DNA of 64,000 nucleotides from Candidatus Aenigmatarchaeota archaeon (GTDB lineage Archaea > Aenigmatarchaeota > Aenigmatarchaeia > QMZP01): positions 91,056 to 155,055 of the forward strand of contig JBDRSV010000024.1 of assembly GCA_043824495.1 (NCBI GenBank). The letters run 5' to 3'. The position numbers and the translations under genes are program-made. This document shows, one piece after another, positions 9,709 to 17,754 of the stretch (within the stretch, counting starts at the first letter, position 1; every line of letters starts with the position of its first letter). Below the pieces are notes generated by a model that ran no database searches, had not been told where the DNA came from, and saw nothing but the letters and a program-made list of their open reading frames with translations.

Positions 9709-10134
9709 TTACCCAATGTAATTAGCTTGTCCTGCACCTTGAGGTTTCAAGACTGGGATACCTATTGGTGGTGGTAGCTGTAAATCGTCAGCCATGTAAG
9801 CTATCTTTAGAAGACATCTCCTGAATAAGTGATTCAAGATTTCTATGTTTATTTCTTCTGGTAATTTTTTGTCTTTTTTCCAAGCTTTCATTACTATTGC
9901 TAGTGTTTTTGGAAGATAGATAACTTCTCCGCCTACCTTGATGTCGGCCAAATCAGGTGCATATTTTGTCTCAAACTCGAATGTTACGGACATTCCTTTT
10001 TTGTTAAGTGTTCCGATGTTTACTTCTTTTACACCTATGATTTTTGGTGTTGAGTTTACTTTAATTTCACCCTTAATTGGCTTTGGTTTTTTATTTGCCT
10101 CAAATGAGGTAAATGCGAGTCCTATGATTGGCAT
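9709..10134 (-). CDS. hypothetical protein
   Basis: 141 aa ORF in AT-rich backbone, no recognisable motif. Confidence 0.35.
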   Translation of the reverse strand: MPIIGLAFTSFEANKKPKPIKGEIKVNSTPKIIGVKEVNIGTLNKKGMSVTFEFETKYAPDLADIKVGGEVIYLPKTLAIVMKAWKKDKKLPEEINIEILNHLFRRCLLKIAYMADDLQLPPPIGIPVLKPQGAGQANYIG

Positions 10135-10242
10135 ACTAATCTCCTTAATATTATGTATACTATTACATATTGTTATTTAAATGCATATTATGCTCTCATT
10201 TACGAATATTTCTTCATATATTTATATTTCCGTACACAAATC

Positions 10243-10782
10243 TATACTATGAATATTCTCATACCAATGGCAGAGGGCTTTGAGGAAATAGAAGCTATTA
10301 CAGTTATAGATGTTTTCAGGAGAGCTGGAATCAATACTATCAGCGTCGGTCTTCCTGGTACAATGGTCACAGGAGCTCACGGCATCAAAGTTTTTGCTGA
10401 TAAGAGACTTGATGAAGTGAATATAGACGATTTTGATGCTCTTGTTCTTGTTGGTGGAGATCCTGGATACCACAATCTAGGTAAATCACAGAAGATAATA
10501 GAAGCCATCAAGAGGTTTGAAGCAGCAAAGAAACCTGTAGGAGCTATATGTACTGCGCCAGCTATTCTAGGTAAGCTAGGTCTACTAGACGAAAGAAGAG
10601 CAACAATATATCCCGGAATGGAGAGAGAGATACCAAGACCAAGAGGAAACAGAGTCATAGACGATGATAATATAATAACATCACAAGGACCTGGAACAGC
10701 TATGGAATTTGCTATCCAGATTGTGGATAAACTCAAGGGTCCTTCAATAGCGGGTAAGGTAAGAAGGGAACTGGTGGCTTAA
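10243..10782 (+). CDS. DJ-1/PfpI (ThiJ) family protein
   Basis: NILIPMAEGFEEIEAITVIDVFRRAG...ALVLVGG...AICTAPAILG. ATG 10243 preferred over the track start 10153. Confidence 0.75.
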   Translation, partial: YTMNILIPMAEGFEEIEAITVIDVFRRAGINTISVGLPGTMVTGAHGIKVFADKRLDEVNIDDFDALVLVGGDPGYHNLGKSQKIIEAIKRFEAAKKPVGAICTAPAILGKLGLLDERRATIYPGMEREIPRPRGNRVIDDDNIITSQGPGTAMEFAIQIVDKLKGPSIAGKVRRELVA

Positions 10783-11007
10783 ATGAGCGGATTAACTGCA
10801 GCCGAGAAAGAAATTCTAGAAATAATGTCAAAGAGACTTTTAGTAACAACAAGAGAGTTGAACAAATTCTTGAGCTCTGATAAATACAATGGAGGAACTG
10901 ATTTTAGTTTACAGAGACTTGTAGATCAAGGATACTTAGAAAGAGTAGAATCCTTAGGGACAACTGTTGTTGTAACTCAGAAAGGCTTGAGAGCTCTAAA
11001 AGCTTGA
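10783..11007 (+). CDS. small winged-helix DNA-binding protein
   Basis: 74 aa; TTRELNKFL...LQRLVDQGYLERV is an HTH-like pattern. Confidence 0.4.
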   Translation: MSGLTAAEKEILEIMSKRLLVTTRELNKFLSSDKYNGGTDFSLQRLVDQGYLERVESLGTTVVVTQKGLRALKA

Positions 11008-11070
11008 GTAAAGATCTTTTTATAGTAAAATGACATATATAGAAGTACTTCGATCGAATGATCTTAGAAT

Positions 11071-11234
11071 AGCCCCGTAGTGTAGTGGTCAAAGTTTGAC
11101 AACCTGTGTGCTCGCATGTAGTTGTCTACACGACTAGGCATATCGGGCCTTGGTTTTCGCAACTAAGGATCTGAGCGAGAAATCGCTGTGAAAGAGGATA
11201 CCCGGTGACTGCGGTTCGAATCCGCACGGGGCTA
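11071..11234 (+). tRNA. intron-containing tRNA, probably tRNA-Gln(UUG), with two putative introns (D-loop region and anticodon loop)
   Basis: 7-bp acceptor AGCCCCG/CGGGGCT with A1-U72 and discriminator A. D-loop AGUGG. T-arm TGCGG-TTCGAAT-CCGCA. Anticodon stem TCGGG/CCCGG with loop CCTTGG...A. Total 164 nt implies about 90 nt of intron. Confidence 0.55.
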
Positions 11235-11266
11235 TCATTTTTATTGTATACTTACAATTATTTCTT

Positions 11267-12952
11267 ATGTATCCACTAGAAAAGTTCAGAGACGATATTA
11301 AATCAGTGATAGCTGAATACAAAAAGATAAAGAAAGATGAAGTTGTTTTAGCAAAACCTCCTCAAGGTATTCCAGCAGATTTAGCCTATCCATGTTTTGG
11401 CTTGGCTAAAAGAGAAAAAAGAGATCCAGTAGAATTTGCTCTCACAACAGTGGAGAAAATAAAACCTAGAGGATTGATATCCAGAATAGAAGCTAATGGT
11501 CCATACATAAACTTCTATGCAGACTGGAGTAAGATGGGAAGCTTAGTTTTGAATGGAATAATAAAAGAAAAAAACGCTTATGGTAAAGGAAAGAAAAAGA
11601 ATAAGATTCTAGTGGAACACACTTCAGCCAATCCAGATGGTCCTTTACATCTAGGTCATTTCAGAAACACTGTTATAGGAGACTCTTTAGCAAGAATATT
11701 ACGATTCTATGGTCATGAAGTAAAAACAGATTTCTATGTAAATGATACAGGAAGACAAATAACTCTAGCTTCTTGGATGTATTTACAAAATGAGCCTAAA
11801 CCTAAAGGTAAGCTAGATTGGTGGGTTTATGACTTGTATTTCAAATGTAACCAGAAATTGAAAACCAATCCAAGTATAGAAAATGAAATAACAGATATGA
11901 TGCTTAAGTTTGAAAATGGAGATAAAGAACTAAGAAAAACACATGAGTTCATAGTTGATCAATGCTTGAAGGGGCATAAAGAAACTCTAGAAAGCATTGG
12001 AATTAAAATCGATAGATTCTCAAAGGAAAGCGAATTCCTATTCACTGGAAAAGTTGATGATGTTTTGAAGAAGATACTCAAAACAAAGGAAGGAAAATCG
12101 TCTGGTAAAAGAGTATGGGTTGACTTGAAACAATTCAAAATAGAAAGAGAATTCACTCTAACAAGATCTGATGGAACAACAATTTATCCAGCAAGAGATT
12201 TGGCATATCATGCAGACAAGTTTGAAAGAGCAGATCAAAACATAAATATTATAGGAACAGATCAGAAATTTTACTTCAAGCAGTTAACATCAACTCTTGG
12301 TTTACTATTTCCAAAGAAAACAGAGAATTATCATGTTTTGTTTTATGAGTTTTTGCTGTTGCCAGAAGGAACAATGTCTACACGTTTAGGTAAATTTATT
12401 TCAGTTGATGAACTTGTAAAGAAATTTACAGAAACTGCAAGAAAAAGTATAGAAATAAAAAATCCAAAATACTCAACTAAATTCAAGGATGATATAGCTA
12501 AGATGGTTGGTATAGGTGCATTGAAGTATGCAATGATAAAAGTTTCGCCTGAGAAAACATATTCTTTCAGTGTGGATGACAGCCTAAATTTCGAAGGTAA
12601 CACGGCACCTTATATTCAATATACTCATGCAAGAGCTTCTTCGATACTTCAGAAAGCTGGTAGTAGCAAACATGTAATCAAGTATATAGGAGAAGAAGAG
12701 AAACAAGTCATGAACAAGTTAATGGAATTCCCATATGCAGTGAAAAGAGCTTCTAAAGAATATAGACCACACATAATAGCTAACTATGCATATGATCTAG
12801 CAACGTCTTTCAATAACTTCTATCACTCGGTTCCTGTACTGAAAGCAGAAAAAGACTTAATAGGAACAAGACTAGCTATAGTAAAAGCTGCTCAGATAGT
12901 TTTGAAAACAAGTCTAGATCTTCTAGGTATAGAAGCACCTGATAAGATGTAG
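11267..12952 (+). CDS. argS: arginine--tRNA ligase
   Basis: HTSANPDGPLHLGHFRNTVIGD (HIGH region), GTMSTRLGKFISVDEL, DALK-type anticodon-binding C-terminus. Confidence 0.9.
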   Translation: MYPLEKFRDDIKSVIAEYKKIKKDEVVLAKPPQGIPADLAYPCFGLAKREKRDPVEFALTTVEKIKPRGLISRIEANGPYINFYADWSKMGSLVLNGIIKEKNAYGKGKKKNKILVEHTSANPDGPLHLGHFRNTVIGDSLARILRFYGHEVKTDFYVNDTGRQITLASWMYLQNEPKPKGKLDWWVYDLYFKCNQKLKTNPSIENEITDMMLKFENGDKELRKTHEFIVDQCLKGHKETLESIGIKIDRFSKESEFLFTGKVDDVLKKILKTKEGKSSGKRVWVDLKQFKIEREFTLTRSDGTTIYPARDLAYHADKFERADQNINIIGTDQKFYFKQLTSTLGLLFPKKTENYHVLFYEFLLLPEGTMSTRLGKFISVDELVKKFTETARKSIEIKNPKYSTKFKDDIAKMVGIGALKYAMIKVSPEKTYSFSVDDSLNFEGNTAPYIQYTHARASSILQKAGSSKHVIKYIGEEEKQVMNKLMEFPYAVKRASKEYRPHIIANYAYDLATSFNNFYHSVPVLKAEKDLIGTRLAIVKAAQIVLKTSLDLLGIEAPDKM

Positions 12953-13083
12953 AGTGATTAAACGGTAAGCATAATCAAGCTAATAGCACTTATTATAATT
13001 ATTTATTTAGTAGTTTCTATTTTCCAATGTTACTGGCCTGCGAGTATGCTTGAAGAAGTCTTATGTATTTATGGTCCACTATT

Positions 13084-13614
13084 CTAGACACTATTCCACA
13101 ATCTCTGAATTAGTTGATTCATTGTAATCTTTTTCTGGAACAGTTCTTTTACATCATTCTTTTCAATCTGCACTCTTATCTGTGCCTTATTCTCTAAATC
13201 ATTCTTATAAGATTCAACTCTTGCAACTAACTCTGGTTTTATCGCTTCATTTTCAGCTTCTACTGCAAATTTTCTTACAAAAGAAGCATCCATAGCTAAA
13301 AGATCATTTGCAATTCGTTCTCTGTAAAGAGACTTAACCATTTTTGTTATTGTAGCTGCTTTTTCTACAGTAGCTGAATCAGATGCTTTCTGTACCACAA
13401 AAGCTTCTACACTCCCTGCACTAACAGGAACAGCTTCTTCTATACCTAAAGTATCTCTGTAAATACTCTCTTTCTGTGCAGATGTTGTAGCTTGATGTTT
13501 TATTACATCAGATGATCTTATGTCTACTAGAGCAAATCTTCCAGAAGCTTGTACAAGAGACATTGATAAAACTAACAAAATTCCAATTATCATCAAAGTT
13601 AATTTATAGTTCAT
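13084..13614 (-). CDS. secreted hypothetical protein
   Basis: Signal peptide MNYKLTLMIIGILLVLSMSLVQA. 11-nt overlap with the upstream gene. Confidence 0.45.
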   Translation of the reverse strand: MNYKLTLMIIGILLVLSMSLVQASGRFALVDIRSSDVIKHQATTSAQKESIYRDTLGIEEAVPVSAGSVEAFVVQKASDSATVEKAATITKMVKSLYRERIANDLLAMDASFVRKFAVEAENEAIKPELVARVESYKNDLENKAQIRVQIEKNDVKELFQKKITMNQLIQRLWNSV

Positions 13615-14410
13615 TGAACCACTCCGTTAATTTTATTGAGTGTGCTGGATATGTTTTATCCACCACCAATATTTTTTTCTTCTCTAAATTCTTAAGCGCC
13701 GCTGCAAGACTAGATTTTGATATTCCCGATTTCTTTTCCAGTTCACTTCTCCTGATAACTCCTTTATTTTCTACGACTATATTTACAATCTTCTTTTCAT
13801 TCACTGATAATGTTTTTATGACCGATTCCTTTTTGGATAACCCTGGTTTCATTTTGTGTATGATTAATCCAATTCCAATGATTATGATAATACCAATAGC
13901 TGCAAACACGAATATAATTGGGTCGGTAGTCTTTGGTAGTTCCTTTTCAAATGAATATGATATTTCAATTGAGTTTATTCCTGCCCACCGAAGTTCTGTT
14001 ATATCTCCAGTTTGTATGTAAGCTGAAGGATTTGATGAAATTATTTTTGTGTTGTCAGGCATCAAAATAACAATGTTGTTATTTTGTAATCCTGTATCCA
14101 TATTGAATTTCCAGTTACCGTCTGTTTTTGATGTGAGTAGAGATGTTGTGTACAAAACAACAGCTTCTCTAGTTTCTCCAATTGACACTTCTATATAATC
14201 ATCATGCACTAGATGCAACCCGCCTCTTACTAGTACCTCATCCACATCTGCTGGGATTGGTAGACGATAAATACCTGATCCTGTTATTGTTATGCTTACT
14301 AATGTGTTTCCATTATCTTCTATGATTATGTAATATTCGGTTGCTTCTTGCGCATACACTGTCGGTATCAGCGCGAGCAATCCTATCATGATCAGCAATA
14401 CAACTTTCAT
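13604..14410 (-). CDS. membrane-anchored winged-helix transcriptional regulator with extracellular domain
   Basis: Signal peptide, about 160 aa ectodomain, TM segment FVFAAIGIIIIIGIGLII, then C-terminal wHTH (VNEKKIVNIVVENKGVIRRSELEKKSGISKSSLAAALKNLEKKKILV). Confidence 0.55.
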   Translation of the reverse strand: MKVVLLIMIGLLALIPTVYAQEATEYYIIIEDNGNTLVSITITGSGIYRLPIPADVDEVLVRGGLHLVHDDYIEVSIGETREAVVLYTTSLLTSKTDGNWKFNMDTGLQNNNIVILMPDNTKIISSNPSAYIQTGDITELRWAGINSIEISYSFEKELPKTTDPIIFVFAAIGIIIIIGIGLIIHKMKPGLSKKESVIKTLSVNEKKIVNIVVENKGVIRRSELEKKSGISKSSLAAALKNLEKKKILVVDKTYPAHSIKLTEWFNEL

Positions 14411-14475
14411 ACATGAAAGTTAATTTTTGCCTACTTAAATATGACCTGGGGGAAGGGTTCCCCAGGTATATAATT

Positions 14476-15171
14476 TTACCAGTAAAGACCTGGTCCGAAT
14501 GGGCCGATTGGTACTTCTATTGGTTTATTTGGTTTAGGTTGTGGTGTGTTCCACTCTTCAGGGAACCCTGGTCCTATACCACAGTCCCCGCATACTGCTA
14601 TTCGTGGGAATACTTTGTATTCACCGTATGAATAGTCTCCGTAGATATCCATGGCTTTCCAGTGATTTCCACTGTACCAACCAAAGAAGAGCTCATCTTC
14701 ATAGAAGCCAGCGAATTTGTGGTTCTCATAAATTCCCCATACTTTGACTCCATTATTATCTTCACCAACAAAATATCCATTTGCGTATGTTCCCCATATA
14801 ACATTTTCTCCGTCATGTGTCCATAGAATAAATCTATGTGGTCCTGTGTAGTAGGGCATTGTTTCTCCTGTTGTATCAGAAGATCCTGTACTTGGAGCTT
14901 CCATTTTGTCTACTGTAGCTTCGTAACTTGAAGGTATAGAAGCTGTAGCTTCTGTTTTAAACTCTTCTAGCTTATCTGCTACATTCGTTTTCACGATTTC
15001 TATATGCTCTGTGTTCACGCTGTTAGCGAATCCAAATCCCCTCTTCATATCATTCAGTTTCTGAATAAGAGGTTCATAATCCTCGCTTGAAACAGCTTGT
15101 GTTGAGGCAATTCCTAGTGCCAATACTGACACGAAAACAATTGCCATAATATATTTGGTGTCCATTTTCAC
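14476..15171 (-). CDS. secreted hypothetical protein (Trp/Tyr/Gly-rich)
   Basis: Signal peptide MAIVFVSVLALGIASTQA. Aromatic-rich repeats GWYSGNHW, GDYSYGEYK. Confidence 0.45.
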   Translation of the reverse strand: MKMDTKYIMAIVFVSVLALGIASTQAVSSEDYEPLIQKLNDMKRGFGFANSVNTEHIEIVKTNVADKLEEFKTEATASIPSSYEATVDKMEAPSTGSSDTTGETMPYYTGPHRFILWTHDGENVIWGTYANGYFVGEDNNGVKVWGIYENHKFAGFYEDELFFGWYSGNHWKAMDIYGDYSYGEYKVFPRIAVCGDCGIGPGFPEEWNTPQPKPNKPIEVPIGPFGPGLYW

Positions 15172-15315
15172 ACCCCCTTGACATCACCAAGGAATGAACA
15201 GGATATAAAGACCATACCGAACAAAAGTGAACAATCATGTTATATCCCTCTAATTAGACAATATAAAACAATCAGGTGCCGAGTGCACACCTAATTGTCC
15301 TTGCCAATCCTCTTC

Positions 15316-16422
15316 TCATCTCAGCTTCAAAAACGCTATATGAGGTGCAGGCAGCCACTTGACTAACGATTCAGTCCAAGAGAAAGACCATTTCAGCTTC
15401 TTCTTCATCTCGTGAACCTTCATACATTTCACCGAGACTAGATTCCAGTTCAGGATGCCGAAAGCTGTGCCCAAGAGACCACCGACAAGCATAACGAAGC
15501 CCTGTCCTACAAGATCCATTCCGGCGGAGGAAACGAGAAATTTGTAAGCGAGAAATCCGCCCAAGACTCCGTCAACTGCACACAACACTCTCTGGAAACA
15601 GTGAACCATCTTGATGATGTTCCAGATAAACTGACCGATAAATGTGAGGACCACCGAGATGCACACCAAGACAACGAAAATGACGGTCAGTGCAGTGAGA
15701 ATTGGGTACCAGACAGAAAGTAGAAGCAAACTGAAGAGAATGTATCCCATCGCGTTGAGATACCCGAGTTTTATTTCTCGGCGGTTCTTCTCCTCAAGGA
15801 AATACCTCCTTCTTAACACACCGATGTCGTATTTTTGGTCCGTGTGTCTGCTTATTCCGAGAGCCTCCCCAATACTCTTATAGTTGTACAAAACGTCTTC
15901 CCCGCTAGCGTCTTTCTTATCGACCATCATGAAAGGATAGAAGAACCTTCCGCGATCACGACTTCCAACAAAAGCGAGGAAAGAAAGAACGCCGGAAAAG
16001 ATCACAACACAGGCACCAGAGAGCGCCAACAGAAGAATGCTGCTGAGAGCGAGTTGAAGGATGTTCAGTGTTTCAGCATCTGCGAAAAGACCGGAAAATA
16101 TGTGATGTGCTGGCCACAAGCCGAGCACAAGACTCGGAAAAAGGAACGGGTGTGGCTTCGAGCATAACCAGTCCTTGGCTTTTCCGTAGTTGTCTCTGAT
16201 ATAAAACGGCCAAGTTCCGATATCATCCAACATCTCTCCGAGCATCACTTGGATCGCTTTGGCCACCTCACGGAGGTCGTAACCAAAATAACCAGCTGCT
16301 CCGCCGGCCAGGAAAGCAGCAACCCACATGTACAACTTGTCCGGCATCAGCCACATGGCAGTTGCACAGAACACGATGCCTCCAATGAAGCATCCGATTC
16401 CGATCTTCATCCAATCTTTCAT
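15316..16422 (-). CDS. polytopic membrane protein (hypothetical)
   Basis: At least 8 predicted TM helices. Intermediate GC zone (about 48%). Confidence 0.5.
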   Translation of the reverse strand: MKDWMKIGIGCFIGGIVFCATAMWLMPDKLYMWVAAFLAGGAAGYFGYDLREVAKAIQVMLGEMLDDIGTWPFYIRDNYGKAKDWLCSKPHPFLFPSLVLGLWPAHHIFSGLFADAETLNILQLALSSILLLALSGACVVIFSGVLSFLAFVGSRDRGRFFYPFMMVDKKDASGEDVLYNYKSIGEALGISRHTDQKYDIGVLRRRYFLEEKNRREIKLGYLNAMGYILFSLLLLSVWYPILTALTVIFVVLVCISVVLTFIGQFIWNIIKMVHCFQRVLCAVDGVLGGFLAYKFLVSSAGMDLVGQGFVMLVGGLLGTAFGILNWNLVSVKCMKVHEMKKKLKWSFSWTESLVKWLPAPHIAFLKLR

Positions 16423-16489
16423 GGCGAAAATCTCCTTCTCGTTGTATTTCTTTGTTTATAGTTATCGTCCTAGAATTAATTCAAAACAA

Positions 16490-17041
16490 TCATATCTGCA
16501 AAGGTTCAAGCAGATACATCAGACTTCGGTCTCGTAATTCTGTCCTCTTATAAGGAGGGAGATCTATGAGACAAAGACTGGAAATACTCACGTGCATGGT
16601 TTGATACTTGGTTTCGTCTGCTTGGTACATTCCCGTAAAGATTATATTATTCAGGACAAACCCGGAAACTACTGTCCAGATCCAGAATGCCATCCATCCA
16701 TCGTACAAGAAGACGCTGGCAATCGCTGAAATGATTGCACCCACTGCGAGAACACCTACCTCAAAGAGAAGCATCGTAAAGATATCTCCCACGGGGTCGT
16801 TTTTGTCCTCTTCCCACCAATCCTCCATGACGAGTTCGTGGATAATCATGTCAATGAGATTCTGCCTGTTCTGCATTTTCTCGTGGTAGGCTATGAAACG
16901 AGTTGGTTGACGAATGTTGTGCCAGATGATCAATCCAATTGGCACCCAGATGACTGCTGTAGTGACAAGCAGCCAGAGAACTACTCTAGTTTCCATGTCC
17001 CCTCCAGGATTGATTGTTAGAAAAAATACTAGTATAATCAC
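16490..17041 (-). CDS. membrane protein (hypothetical); probable true start at Met 16996
   Basis: METRVVLWLLVTTAVIWVPIGLIIW TM helices; same strand as 15316..16422. Confidence 0.45.
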   Translation of the reverse strand: MIILVFFLTINPGGDMETRVVLWLLVTTAVIWVPIGLIIWHNIRQPTRFIAYHEKMQNRQNLIDMIIHELVMEDWWEEDKNDPVGDIFTMLLFEVGVLAVGAIISAIASVFLYDGWMAFWIWTVVSGFVLNNIIFTGMYQADETKYQTMHVSISSLCLIDLPPYKRTELRDRSLMYLLEPLQI

Positions 17042-17249
17042 TCTCGTTAATTGACATTTCTGTCTTTCGTTGTCGTAGAGTATTGATTCCTAAATTACAG
17101 ATGATGACTTTACCTCGAACAAGAATCTTGTGCCAGGTGCTAAAAGTTGTCAGCGATGATAAATGTGGAACATGATGCATAGAATTTAACCTAAAATTTT
17201 ATAAACCTATACAAAACCTTTTTATACCTCTTAATTGACAATATATAGT

Positions 17250-17639
17250 ATGAAGAAAAAAGCAAAGAGGACCACAAAGAAAACAGTGAAAAAACCAGTC
17301 AAGAAAATAAAAATAGAAAAGAGAGTAACACCAAAACCAAAAAAAGAAGAGAAAATTAAATGTCCTTATTGTAAGAGTTCTAGAGTGGTTTGGAGAGGAT
17401 ATAGATACAACGAAAAGACTGACAAGCACTTAAGATTATGTAACAACTGTAAGAGAAAGTTCACAAAAAGAGACGAGTTCTTCCGTATGAGATTCGGTGA
17501 AGAAGAGATAAAAAGAGCTGTGGAATTATACAAGAAAGGTTATTCTTCTGCAGAAGTAGTTCAGAACCTGAAAAGAAATCATGGAATAAAGGTTTCAAGA
17601 TGGACTGTGATCTGTTGGCATAAGAGATACACTAAGTAA
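17250..17639 (+). mobile_element. IS1-family InsA-like Zn-ribbon/HTH protein, solo with no InsB
   Basis: CPYCKSSRVVWRGYRYNEKTDKHLRLCNNCKRKFT mirrors the InsA CPSC...YLCSHCRKTW pattern. C-terminal HTH GYSSAEVVQNLKRNHGIKVSRWTV. TTTATA box about 26 nt upstream of ATG 17250. The track start TTG 17235 is less likely. Confidence 0.45.
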
Positions 17640-17659
17640 TTATTTTTTTTATCAGTTAT

Positions 17660-17681
17660 TATATCCCTTTAAATGGACAAT
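17660..17681 (+). repeat. junction motif copy 2 (TATATCCCTTTAAATGGACAAT)
   Basis: Exact AT-to-GC switch. Followed by hairpin GGAGAGGTGCAG...CTGCACACTCTCC, the terminator of minus-strand gene 17755..19629. Confidence 0.85.
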
Positions 17682-17754
17682 GCAAAGGGAGAGGTGCAGT
17701 ATTCCACATCTGCACACTCTCCCACCACATCACCTTTTCAGGCTTTGCAGATTT

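Noticed and set aside
17214-17245. TTAATTGACAATATATAG upstream of the InsA-like gene, as a sixth junction-motif copy
   Set aside because: It shares only the TGACAATAT core. It lacks TATATCCCTTTAAA, so it is treated as an ordinary AT-rich promoter region.
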